Shown here piece by piece: positions 40,439 through 49,326 of a stretch of 64,000 nucleotides of DNA. A program made the translations under genes and the position numbers. The stretch is taken from contig JBDRCO010000037.1 in the NCBI GenBank assembly GCA_043821645.1, positions 64,001-128,000 on the forward strand, given 5' to 3'. This stretch comes from Pseudomonadota bacterium. Its GTDB lineage: Bacteria; Myxococcota; JACRCW01; JAFGSX01. The notes below the pieces were generated by a model. It saw only the letters and a list, made by a program, of their open reading frames with translations, was not told the DNA's origin and searched no databases. Position 1 is the first letter of the stretch, and each line of letters starts with the position of its first letter.

Positions 40439-41620
40439 TTGAGGACCTTCTGCGCGATCTTCGTCGCGTTCGCGCTTCTCGTTCTGACGGGCGGGAATTG
40501 CCAGGGACCGGTCTCTGGCCCCTGCACCCGAGACGACCAGTGTGGCGACTATCGCTTCTGCGACGAGGTCCACGGCACCTGCCGCTGTGCGGATGACCGC
40601 GGCTGTGGCCAGGACGAATTCTGCAACCCGGCCTTCAACTGTCAGGTCCGTACCGGCTGCCTGGACAACAGCGATTGTCTGGGCGCAACCTTCTGCGACA
40701 TACACAGTGGCCAGTGCATCGGCACCGATCAGTGCTCACTGGATACACACTGCACCTTCAACAGTGTGTGCGACACGACCCAGGGGTCCTGCGTGCCGGG
40801 TTGCCGCGACGAGGCCGATTGCGTGCTCGGCTTCGCCTGTATCGGCGCCACCCGCACTTCGCTGGGGCAGTGCGCGGTGGGGGTGTGCCGGGGTAACGAC
40901 CTGTGCAAGGTTCAGGAGATCTGTGACCTGTCGACGGGGACCTGCATCTACGATGACCGCGGGCCCTACTGCGGCGCCTGCCAGAACCTGTGGACCGATG
41001 ACGAGTGCGGCGGCGGCGCCAATTACTGTCTGGTCGACACCGCGGATCCCTCGGGCCGCAGCTACTACTGCGGTGTGGACTGCTCCCAGGGCCAGGCCTG
41101 CCCCTACGCGTACGAGTGCCACGACGTGATCATCCTGCCGCCCGCGGCACCGCTGTGTCGTGTCGAGCGCTGCGACGCTGGCCGCTGCAGCGTCAACGGT
41201 GGGCTGTGCAACAACAACGAGGACTGCCCCTACGGGCCGCCAGGGGGCGACTGCGCTCGCGCCAGGGTGGGGAACTGTGTCGACGACCAGACCCGGGCCT
41301 GCAGCAACGACGATGAATGCTGCAACAACCCACCCTGCGCCGAGGGTGGCTGCGTGCTGCAGGAGTGCCGGGGCGGCGAGGGGGATGCCCTGGGACATTG
41401 CACCTGTACCCGTGACCTCGATTGCCCATCGGACGAATGCCGCGGTGCCGACCTGAGTGACCCCAACAACCAGATCCCGGGGCACTGTCTGCTGGGTGGG
41501 CACGCCTGCTTCGACGACATCGACTGTGATGTCATCGCCTGTGTCGAGGGCGGCTGCATGATCGGTCAGAACTGTGCACCGGCCAATGACAGGACCTGCC
41601 GCGACCTCGCCATGCCCTGA
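40439..41620 (+). CDS. Cysteine-rich repeat secreted protein or lipoprotein (paralog of the previous gene)
   Basis: TTG start and signal ending GGN-C. It has the same repeat pattern and shared segments (EFCNP..C..R.GC..N.DC....FCDI..G.C; DTHC.F). Confidence 0.82.
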   Translation: MRTFCAIFVAFALLVLTGGNCQGPVSGPCTRDDQCGDYRFCDEVHGTCRCADDRGCGQDEFCNPAFNCQVRTGCLDNSDCLGATFCDIHSGQCIGTDQCSLDTHCTFNSVCDTTQGSCVPGCRDEADCVLGFACIGATRTSLGQCAVGVCRGNDLCKVQEICDLSTGTCIYDDRGPYCGACQNLWTDDECGGGANYCLVDTADPSGRSYYCGVDCSQGQACPYAYECHDVIILPPAAPLCRVERCDAGRCSVNGGLCNNNEDCPYGPPGGDCARARVGNCVDDQTRACSNDDECCNNPPCAEGGCVLQECRGGEGDALGHCTCTRDLDCPSDECRGADLSDPNNQIPGHCLLGGHACFDDIDCDVIACVEGGCMIGQNCAPANDRTCRDLAMP

Positions 41621-41640
41621 TCTCTGATGACGTGTCATCG

Positions 41641-41700
41641 GGAACCAGGAACCAGGAACCAGGAACCAGGAACCAGGAACCAGGAACCAGGAACCAGGAA
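41641..41700. repeat. Heptamer tandem repeat (GGAACCA) x8.6
   Basis: Perfect intergenic array of 60 bp read directly from the sequence. Confidence 0.97.
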
Positions 41701-41819
41701 TATGTTCAGGTCTGCGCCCCGAGGCCTCTGGGTGACGGCGCGTCGATCAGCGACCGATTTGCGCAGCCGGGGAGGGGACGTCATACTTCGATCAGCAGAT
41801 AGCGCTGTCGAGGTCTTAC

Positions 41820-43523
41820 ATGTGGCGCACGCTGCGCGTGCTGAGCTTGAGTGTGAGTCTTTTCGGCCTGGTGGCCTGCCGCCCGGCCCAGGGGCCCTGC
41901 GCCACCACCGCGGATTGCCTCGAACACGAGGTCTGCGTCGAGGACCAGTGCCGCGCGGTGTGCAACGTCAGCGCCGACTGCGCGCGAGGCCAGACCTGCG
42001 CCAACGGGGCCTGTCTGGTGGCCGGGGGCGCCTGCATTCAGAGCGGTGACTGTCTGTCCACCGAGACCTGCCAGGACGGATTCTGCCAGATCCTGTGCCA
42101 CGCGGATCGCGACTGTCGTCGTGGTGAACGCTGTGGCCATGGCGTTTGTGTGACGGCTCTGGACGCAGCGACCCCCGATGGTCACGCCCGGGACCAGGGG
42201 TCCCGTGATGCCGCCTCCGGGGACCGCCGTGTGCTGGATTCTGCCCTTGACGATGGTGCGCTGCCGGACGGGCCGGCGACCGATACCGTCGTGCGTGATT
42301 CGGCTCGGGTAGATGGCGCGCTGCCGGACCGCTCGATCTCAGATCATGCCGGGGCGGACGGACCCGGGCTGGATCATTTCGTTGCCGATGCCGCGGCCGT
42401 GGACCAGGGGTTTGCGCGTGATGCCGCTGCCCCGGACACCCGGGCCGCGCCAGATAGCTCTCAGGTGACCGATGCGGCCGGACCGCGAGACGCGTCGCTG
42501 CCGGACATCGCCGTCAGTGATCCGTGCTCCGCGATCTTCTGTGGCACCAACTCGACCTGTGTCGTCGTGGATGGTGGCGGCGAGTGCCAGTGCACCATCG
42601 AGGAGTGCACGGACGGCCACTGCCGCGCGGCCAGCGAGTGCTGCGCCGGATCGGACTGTCCCGGGGGCGGCAGCTACACCTGCAATAGTGCGCACGCCTG
42701 CACCTGTGGCGTCGAGATCTGTGCAGACAGCTTCTGTCGTAGCGCCAGCGAGTGCTGCGATGGCGCCGACTGCGGAGGTGGCTCCTGGGGCTGCTCCGGC
42801 AGTCACGCCTGCACCTGCGCGGTCGAGATCTGCAGCGGCGGCTACTGCCGCAATGCCAGCCAGTGCTGCGATGGTGCCGACTGCGGTACGGGCAACTGGT
42901 CGTGCAACAACCACTCCTGCTCCTGTTCCGCACCACGCGTCACCTGCGGAGGGGATTGCAGGACCCCCAACGCCTGTGGTGGCTGTGCCAGCCTGGCGGG
43001 AACTCCGGGTAGTTCCTGCGGCAGCTGTGGCACCTGGGGCTGCGATGGCAGCGAGGCTGTCACCTGCAACGGCGACCACGCGACCACCCGCTACTACCAC
43101 GATGGTGACGGCGACGGCTTCGGCTCGCCCGCCTACCAGGACCTGTGTGCGATCAGCGGCAACTACAAGGTCACCAACGACACAGACTGCAACGACTCCG
43201 ACGACACCATGTACCCGGGAGCTCCCGAGCTGTGCGACACCAAGGACAACGACTGCAACAGCACCACAGCGGACGGCGCGGCCTGTGGCGGCGGAGCGGC
43301 TTTCTGTTGTGGGACTCCCCCGGGGTGCCAGACATGTTGCTCAGCGGGCCAGTGTGGCAGCGGCAACATGTGGGATTGCATTGGTCACGAATGCAGCTGT
43401 GGTGGCGTCGAGTGCGGCGCCAACAATGGTTGCTGGGAATGCTGCAACGCCAGTCACTGTCCTGGGAGCGACCTCTGTCTCGGGCATATCTGCGAGCCGA
43501 GCTGTGGGGGAGTTCCCTGCTAG
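41820..43523 (+). CDS. Cys-rich lipoprotein with Asp-periodic linker and MopE-like putative metal-binding motif
   Basis: Lipobox LVA-C, C..D..C repeats, a D-x4 linker, three CR.AS.CC.G.DC repeats, and YYHDGDGDGFG...DCNDSDDTMYPGAPELCDTKDNDCN. Confidence 0.85.
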   Translation: MWRTLRVLSLSVSLFGLVACRPAQGPCATTADCLEHEVCVEDQCRAVCNVSADCARGQTCANGACLVAGGACIQSGDCLSTETCQDGFCQILCHADRDCRRGERCGHGVCVTALDAATPDGHARDQGSRDAASGDRRVLDSALDDGALPDGPATDTVVRDSARVDGALPDRSISDHAGADGPGLDHFVADAAAVDQGFARDAAAPDTRAAPDSSQVTDAAGPRDASLPDIAVSDPCSAIFCGTNSTCVVVDGGGECQCTIEECTDGHCRAASECCAGSDCPGGGSYTCNSAHACTCGVEICADSFCRSASECCDGADCGGGSWGCSGSHACTCAVEICSGGYCRNASQCCDGADCGTGNWSCNNHSCSCSAPRVTCGGDCRTPNACGGCASLAGTPGSSCGSCGTWGCDGSEAVTCNGDHATTRYYHDGDGDGFGSPAYQDLCAISGNYKVTNDTDCNDSDDTMYPGAPELCDTKDNDCNSTTADGAACGGGAAFCCGTPPGCQTCCSAGQCGSGNMWDCIGHECSCGGVECGANNGCWECCNASHCPGSDLCLGHICEPSCGGVPC

Positions 43524-43541
43524 CTCCACATGCTCGGGACC

Positions 43542-44612
43542 TCAGTCCGCGCTGTTGTGCTTGAGCGCTTCGGCCTGGAAATGCGTGCGCAGCGAGGTCA
43601 CCAGCTCCTCGATGTCGCCCTGCATGATCTTGGGCAAGTTGTGCATGGTGAGCCCGATGCGGTGGTCGGTGACGCGATCCTGCGGGAAGTTGTAAGTGCG
43701 GATCTTGTCCGAGCGGTCGCCGCTCTTGACCATGGCGCGCCGCTCCTCGGCGATGGCGTCCTGCTGCTCCCCGAGCATGGTCTCGTAGATGCGGGCGCGC
43801 AGGACCTTGAGGGCCTTGGCCTTGTTCTTGTGCTGGCTCTTCTCGTCCTGGCAGATCACCACGGTGCCGGTGGGGATATGGGTGATGCGCACCGCGCTGT
43901 CCGTGGTGTTGACGCACTGACCGCCGGGACCGCCGGCGCGGAACACGTCGATGCGCAGGTCCTTGTCCTCGAGGCGTACCTCGACCTCGTCGGCCTCGGG
44001 CAGCACGGCCACGGTGGCGGCGGAGGTGTGGATTCGACCCTGGGTCTCGGTGTCTGGCACGCGCTGGACCCGGTGCACGCCGGATTCGTACTTGAGCTGG
44101 GAGTAGACCTGGTCGCCACTGATGGCGACGATGATTTCCTTGTAGCCACCCTGAGCGCCCAGGGACTCGGTCATCACCTCGGTCTTCCAGCGGTGAGTCT
44201 CGGCATAGTGCAGGTACATGCGGAACAGATCGCCGGCAAACAGCGCTGCCTCGTCGCCACCGGTGCCGCTGCGGATCTCGAGGATCACGTTCTTGTCGTC
44301 GTTGGGATCCCGGGGGAGCAGCAAGACCTCGAGTTTTGCGGTCAGCGCCTCCTGCTCGGCCTCCAGACGTTCCACGTCGTCGCGGGCCATGGCGCGAATG
44401 TCCCTATCGCTGTCCTCGAGGAGCTGCTGCGCACCTTCGAGGTCGCCCTGCAGCTTGCGGTAGATCTGGTAGGTCTCGACCACCTCGGCGAGCTGCGCCC
44501 GCTCCTTGGCCAGGGTCTGGAACTCCTGGCGCCGTGCGATGACCGCGGGATCCGAGAGCTTGTCGGTCAACTCGTTGTAGCGCTGGGCCACCTGCTCGAG
44601 CTTCTCGAACAT
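43542..44612 (-). CDS. prfA: Peptide chain release factor 1
   Basis: [35 protein letters not shown] (PxT), GGQ motif and [16 protein letters not shown]. Confidence 0.97.
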   Translation of the reverse strand: MFEKLEQVAQRYNELTDKLSDPAVIARRQEFQTLAKERAQLAEVVETYQIYRKLQGDLEGAQQLLEDSDRDIRAMARDDVERLEAEQEALTAKLEVLLLPRDPNDDKNVILEIRSGTGGDEAALFAGDLFRMYLHYAETHRWKTEVMTESLGAQGGYKEIIVAISGDQVYSQLKYESGVHRVQRVPDTETQGRIHTSAATVAVLPEADEVEVRLEDKDLRIDVFRAGGPGGQCVNTTDSAVRITHIPTGTVVICQDEKSQHKNKAKALKVLRARIYETMLGEQQDAIAEERRAMVKSGDRSDKIRTYNFPQDRVTDHRIGLTMHNLPKIMQGDIEELVTSLRTHFQAEALKHNSAD

Positions 44613-44615
44613 GGG

Positions 44616-44825
44616 TCACCCGGCTCCGGTGTCGTCGGCGTCGGGACGCGGGGTTGCGGCTTCGTCGATTCCCGGGGCGGTGGTGGCCACCGCGGTCTGT
44701 TCACGCTTGTCCGTGAGCGTCTTGAAGATCACCCACCCGGCCACGGCCACAGGGACCAGGATCACGGCGATGAAGGTGACGACCGGCGACACGATGTCTA
44801 TCCAGGATGCGGGGCTCTCATTCAT
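44616..44825 (-). CDS. Small single-pass membrane protein (69 aa)
   Basis: The ATG lies 11 bp after the DUF1385 stop with a GAGG-like RBS, and the stop is 3 bp before prfA. One hydrophobic helix. Confidence 0.6.
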   Translation of the reverse strand: MNESPASWIDIVSPVVTFIAVILVPVAVAGWVIFKTLTDKREQTAVATTAPGIDEAATPRPDADDTGAG

Positions 44826-44836
44826 GGCGGCAATCC

Positions 44837-45997
44837 TCACGCGACCTTGAGCATGACCTCGTCGAAGCTGACGTAGCGCTCGAGCCGCTCGTCGGCACTG
44901 GCGGCCTCGGTCTGCTGCTCGCGCCACAGCACGCTGCGCAGAGCGGTCAGGGCCACCTCCAGCTCGGCGTCTCCCGGCTGGCGGGTGGTCAGGGCCTGCA
45001 GCCACATACCGGGCCGGATCAGGACCTGCACCGCACGGCTCCCGGGGTGGCGCGCCGCGCCTCGCTGCACCTCGTAGGCGATGCCGGCGACAGGCAGGGA
45101 CAGCAGGATCTTGAGCAGCACCGCGAACACATGGTTGGCCAGGGCGTGCTCAAACAGCGTCGGAATCAGGGGAAACACGGCCGCGAACATGAAGATCGAG
45201 ATGGTGACCACCCACAGGATCAGGCTGGTACCACAGCGCGGGTGAGCGGTGGACATGGGCCGGGTCGACTCCACGTCGAGGGGCAGGCTGCGCTCGAAGG
45301 CGTGCACCGACATGTGCTCGGCACCGTGGTACATGAACAGCCGCTTGATGTCGTCGAGGCGTGAGATCAGCGTGATGTAGCCCAGGAAGATGGCCATCTT
45401 GAAGGCACCGTCGACGAGGTGAAAGCCCGCGCCATCCAGGTTCAGCCCTCCTGGCACCCACAGTCCGATCAGGTAGGTGAGCCCATGGGGCAGGCCCACG
45501 AACAGGGCCACACCCAGGATCAGTGACACCGCCAGCGTGGCCCACAGAGCGGCGCTCTGCTTCTTGTTGCCCTCGCTGGTCACGGGGGCTGTGCTGAGCA
45601 ACAGGCCTGCGGCGGGGGGGAGAGCACCGCGCACCTTCTCGGCGTGCTGCTCATCGAGCATGGCCTGGTCCGCCGCGAAGTTGAGGGCGGCGATGCCGTT
45701 GAGCAGGGATTCGATGAGCATCACCGCGCCACGGATCAGGGGCCAGCGAAACACGCGGAAGCGCGAGAAGGCGTTGTAGACCTTCTGCTCGCGCACCACG
45801 ATGGACCCGTCGCGACGCCGCACGGCCACCGAGAAGGAGGCCGGGCTGCGCATCATCACGCCCTCGATCACAGCCTGCCCGCCCACGGTGAGGGGTGCAG
45901 AGACTAGGATCACGACGAGGCGGTGCAACAGGTCGAGGATACGCTGGCGGCCGGCGTGTGCCGACCCCTGCAAGGGTCGCAGCATCGGGGATCTCAT
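44837..45997 (-). CDS. DUF1385 family membrane protein
   Basis: [25 protein letters not shown] and LQALTTRQP. Typical position after rpmE. Confidence 0.92.
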   Translation of the reverse strand: MRSPMLRPLQGSAHAGRQRILDLLHRLVVILVSAPLTVGGQAVIEGVMMRSPASFSVAVRRRDGSIVVREQKVYNAFSRFRVFRWPLIRGAVMLIESLLNGIAALNFAADQAMLDEQHAEKVRGALPPAAGLLLSTAPVTSEGNKKQSAALWATLAVSLILGVALFVGLPHGLTYLIGLWVPGGLNLDGAGFHLVDGAFKMAIFLGYITLISRLDDIKRLFMYHGAEHMSVHAFERSLPLDVESTRPMSTAHPRCGTSLILWVVTISIFMFAAVFPLIPTLFEHALANHVFAVLLKILLSLPVAGIAYEVQRGAARHPGSRAVQVLIRPGMWLQALTTRQPGDAELEVALTALRSVLWREQQTEAASADERLERYVSFDEVMLKVA

Positions 45998-46013
45998 GAC
46001 GACGAGGGCGTGG

Positions 46014-46226
46014 CTATTCCGTGGCGGTGGCGCGACCGTACTTGCGGTTGAAGCGCTCGACGCGTCCGGCCGAGTCCATCAGCTTTTGCTTGCCCGTGAA
46101 GAACGGGTGGCAGGCCGAACAGATCTCGATGCTGTACGAGGGCCGCGTGCTGCGTGTCTCGTAGACGGCGCCGCAGGCACAGGTGATGGAGGCGTTCTTG
46201 TAAACGGGATGAATCTTCTCTTTCAT
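46014..46226 (-). CDS. rpmE: 50S ribosomal protein L31 (Zn-binding C+ type)
   Basis: MKEKIHPVY...CACG...[24 protein letters not shown]. Confidence 0.97.
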   Translation of the reverse strand: MKEKIHPVYKNASITCACGAVYETRSTRPSYSIEICSACHPFFTGKQKLMDSAGRVERFNRKYGRATATE

Positions 46227-46275
46227 GACTGTCACCGCTTGCGGACCATATATTTGGGTGCCGCGAAAGCTCCCC

Positions 46276-46304
46276 TAGATAGGGGTCGAGCCCGGGCTTG
46301 TCAA
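46276..46304 (-). promoter_or_regulatory. Putative sigma70 promoter of the rpmE-DUF1385-prfA operon
   Basis: On the minus strand, TTGACA (perfect -35), a 17-bp spacer, then TATCTA, about 50 bp upstream of the rpmE ATG. Confidence 0.5.
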
Positions 46305-46385
46305 GTGTAGCCAGCGCCGGCCAGGGCCCCGGCCTTGACGCTGTCAGGGCGGGACATTCCCGGGACAAGGGCCTAGGATGCCACC

Positions 46386-46844
46386 ATGCCTCGCTCTCTG
46401 CCGCCACAGCCATCGCCGTGCCTGCGCTGCGGGCGCTGCTGCGAGGCTCTGTCCCTGGATTTCAGCAAGGCCCAGCTGCGGGAGATGGCGGTCCGGGAGC
46501 AACGCCGCCTGCGGCGCGAACCTGGCCACTCCCATGCCGCGGACATGCGCCGTCTGGTCTCCGATGTGGCTTTTATTCAGAAGCACTTCCGGAGAGTTAG
46601 CCGGCAGCGCGCCGCCGACATCAACCCCACCTTCAGCTCCCGCGAATTCGATGGCCGCTTTTTTTACATCTGTGATGCCCTGGACAGCGAGGGCCGCTGT
46701 AGCCGGCATGCCGAGCGCCCTTACCTGTGCGAGGGCTACCCGTGGTACCGCGATCACCCGCGGATCGACGCGCTGGTGGTCTACCCCTGCGGCTACGAGC
46801 GCGATCTGGTGGCCCGCAGGGCCCGCGTCGCGGTCTCGGGCTGA
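46386..46844 (+). CDS. YkgJ-family (CxxCxxCC) cysteine-cluster protein
   Basis: CLRCGRCC...CDAL...GRCSRH..RPYLCEGYPW. Confidence 0.85.
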   Translation: MPRSLPPQPSPCLRCGRCCEALSLDFSKAQLREMAVREQRRLRREPGHSHAADMRRLVSDVAFIQKHFRRVSRQRAADINPTFSSREFDGRFFYICDALDSEGRCSRHAERPYLCEGYPWYRDHPRIDALVVYPCGYERDLVARRARVAVSG

Positions 46845-46910
46845 CCCCAAAAGTCACGCCAATTCAATACCCTGCGCGCTACACTGGGATGCAAGCGAGG
46901 GACTCCTCTG

Positions 46911-48026
46911 GTGACCAGGGTTTTCGACAGGACAGGCGCGACCTCCACCGATGAGCTAAGGCGGCGTCTCAGCTCCGAGGCGGACCGCCGTGGCAATGCG
47001 GACGGCACCGCGGACACCACAGAGCTGCATGCGCTCGCCACGGAGCTGCAGCATCGTGGCACCGACCGCTTCGATGCGGATGCGGCGCTTCGCCTGTCCC
47101 AGGCTCAGGACCTTGCCGCCGGCGGCCCTGGTCGTGCGCACACCCTGGATCCTGCCCTGATGCGGGCCCCGGAGCCTCTGCGGCGCCTGGCGCTGGAAGT
47201 GGACGCGCTGTGGGGCAACGCCGACGGCCAAGTGAGTGTCGACGAGCTGGAGCGGGTGGCGGCGACCTACCTCGGAGCCCTGCCTTTTTTCAGTGCCCAG
47301 GCGGAGACCCTGGTGGAGCTGGCACGCTACCTGGGTACGGCCGGCCGCACCCAGGATGTTGTGGCACCTTCCGTGGTGGCGCTGCGCTCGGCGCTGTCCC
47401 GCCTCGATGGCAGCGAGGTGGGTGCAGCGCGCCCCTTTGCCGAGCTGTTCTCCGAGGCCTTGGCCCAGGGCGACATCCCCGGCTCACCCGACTACCTCCG
47501 CGACGCGGCCATGCACAGCCCGCGCTGGCATCGCCTGAGCATCCTCGAACACACGGCGATGGCGGTGGACGCGGCGACGCATCTGTCGCGTGCCGCGGGG
47601 GTGGACTGGAAGGAAGCCGGCGCTGCGATGCTGCTGCACGACGTGGGAAAGCTGCTCGACCGCTTCCCCAAGCGGCATGGCGGCTTCAACTACTTTGACC
47701 ACGAGGAGGCCGGCGCACGCTGGCTACAGCAGCGAGGCCTTCCCGAGGACCTGCGGTTCCAGGTCGAACACCACCTGGAGATCCACCGCCGCAGCGTCGA
47801 CGAGCTCATCGAACTGTGCGGTGGCGACCGCGGGCGCATCGCGCGCTTGCTGGTGGTCGCGTGCGCCGACAGCGTCGCCAAGGGCGACACGCCGGATCAG
47901 CTCGGCAACTACGCCGAGATGGTGCCCAAGCTGCGAGCTCTGGCACGGTTCGCGGGCATCGATGGCCAGGCTCTCCTCGACGAGGTGGACAGGCTGCGCG
48001 CCGCGCACTTCCCGGCTTCTCCCTGA
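46911..48026 (+). CDS. HD-domain phosphohydrolase with N-terminal EF-hand-like region
   Basis: WH.LSILEHT...LLHDVGK...DHEEAGA...EHH...AD. The N-terminal half has GNADG twice, including DALWGNADGQVSVDEL. Confidence 0.8.
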   Translation: MTRVFDRTGATSTDELRRRLSSEADRRGNADGTADTTELHALATELQHRGTDRFDADAALRLSQAQDLAAGGPGRAHTLDPALMRAPEPLRRLALEVDALWGNADGQVSVDELERVAATYLGALPFFSAQAETLVELARYLGTAGRTQDVVAPSVVALRSALSRLDGSEVGAARPFAELFSEALAQGDIPGSPDYLRDAAMHSPRWHRLSILEHTAMAVDAATHLSRAAGVDWKEAGAAMLLHDVGKLLDRFPKRHGGFNYFDHEEAGARWLQQRGLPEDLRFQVEHHLEIHRRSVDELIELCGGDRGRIARLLVVACADSVAKGDTPDQLGNYAEMVPKLRALARFAGIDGQALLDEVDRLRAAHFPASP

Positions 48027-48094
48027 CCGCGATCCCTCCGCACTGGATTCCCACCCGCCGCGATGCCAAGCTCTGGCCCCTGGGAGGGTGAGCC

Positions 48095-49240
48095 ATGCGC
48101 ATCCTGTACGGTGTCGTCGGCGAGGGCATGGGACACGCGACCCGCAGCCGGGTGGTGCTGGATCACCTGCTGGCCGCGGGTCACCAGATCCGGGTCATGG
48201 TGTCGGGGCGGGCCCACGGGTTCCTGCTTGACGTGTTTCACGGCAACAAGAACATCAGCATCCACGAGATCCACGGCCTGGCCATGAGCTACGAGGGCAA
48301 TGCCCTCGACCTGCTAGAGAGTGTGCTGAGCAACCTGGGCAAGGCCACCCACGGCGTGCTGTGGAACATCGCCCAGTACAGCAAATCGGCCGAGGAGGGC
48401 TTTGCCCCCGAGCTGGTGGTGAGTGATTTCGAGAGCTGGGCCTACCTGTACGCCCTCAACCACCGCCTGCCCGTGATCTCCATCGACAACATGCAGGTCA
48501 TCAACCGCTGCCTGCACGACGACGACGTCACCGATGGCAAGAGCGCGGACTTCTGGATCGCCAGGATGGCGGTCAAGGTCAAGCTGCCCGGGGCCTACCA
48601 CTATCTCGTGTCGAGCTTCTTCTTCCCGGCTGTTCACAAGCCGCGGACCACCCTCATCCCGCCCATCCTGCGCCCCGAGATCCTGGCAGCGCGCCGCGAG
48701 CCGGGCGAGCACGTGCTGGTCTACCAGACCGCGGCTGCCAACGCCGAGCTGGTGCCCACCCTGCGCAAGTTGCCGCAGCAGTTCAAGGTTTACGGCATGG
48801 GGCGCGAGGGCCAGGAGGGCAACGTCACCCTGTGCGCCTTCTCGCAGCAGGGCTTCATCGACGACCTGCGTACCGCGCGCTGCGTGGTCGCCGGGGGCGG
48901 TTACTCGCTGATGGGGGAGGCCGTGCACCTGCACGTGCCCATGATGTCCATCCCCATCGACGGCCAGTACGAGCAGGAACTCAACGCGCGCTACCTGAAG
49001 AAGCTGGGCTACGGCACCTGGGCGCGCAGCCTCGAGCTGGATACCCTGGCCGCCTTCATCGAGAGCTCCGACCGCTACAGCGGCATGCTGCAGCAGTACC
49101 TGCCTCGGGACAACGGCATGCTCTTCGGCTGTGTCGACGAGCTGCTGCACCTGGCACAGCTTGACGAGCCCAAGCCTGCGAAGCTCGAGGCGGACAACCT
49201 GGGGACCTACGACGGGCCACCGTTGCCTGCGGGGGTGTGA
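48095..49240 (+). CDS. GT-B glycosyltransferase, MJ1255/VC2487 family
   Basis: MRILYGVVGEGMGHATRS, VVSDFE, ISIDN, GGGYSLMGEA and GQYEQELNA. Confidence 0.9.
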   Translation: MRILYGVVGEGMGHATRSRVVLDHLLAAGHQIRVMVSGRAHGFLLDVFHGNKNISIHEIHGLAMSYEGNALDLLESVLSNLGKATHGVLWNIAQYSKSAEEGFAPELVVSDFESWAYLYALNHRLPVISIDNMQVINRCLHDDDVTDGKSADFWIARMAVKVKLPGAYHYLVSSFFFPAVHKPRTTLIPPILRPEILAARREPGEHVLVYQTAAANAELVPTLRKLPQQFKVYGMGREGQEGNVTLCAFSQQGFIDDLRTARCVVAGGGYSLMGEAVHLHVPMMSIPIDGQYEQELNARYLKKLGYGTWARSLELDTLAAFIESSDRYSGMLQQYLPRDNGMLFGCVDELLHLAQLDEPKPAKLEADNLGTYDGPPLPAGV

Positions 49241-49326
49241 CGGTCGGCGTCTGACGGACTGAAGCGTAACGGACGTGCTGACACAGTGGTGCGGGACACC
49301 TGGCCGCGCGCCACGGGGAGAAGATC

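Noticed and set aside
43905..43945. GGQC instead of GGQH/GGQS in RF1
   Set aside because: The GGQ is intact and the following residue varies among RF1 proteins.
46386..46844. Three Cys-cluster genes plus iscS as an Fe-S system
   Set aside because: They are scattered over more than 50 kb, and YkgJ-type paralogs are common in such genomes.
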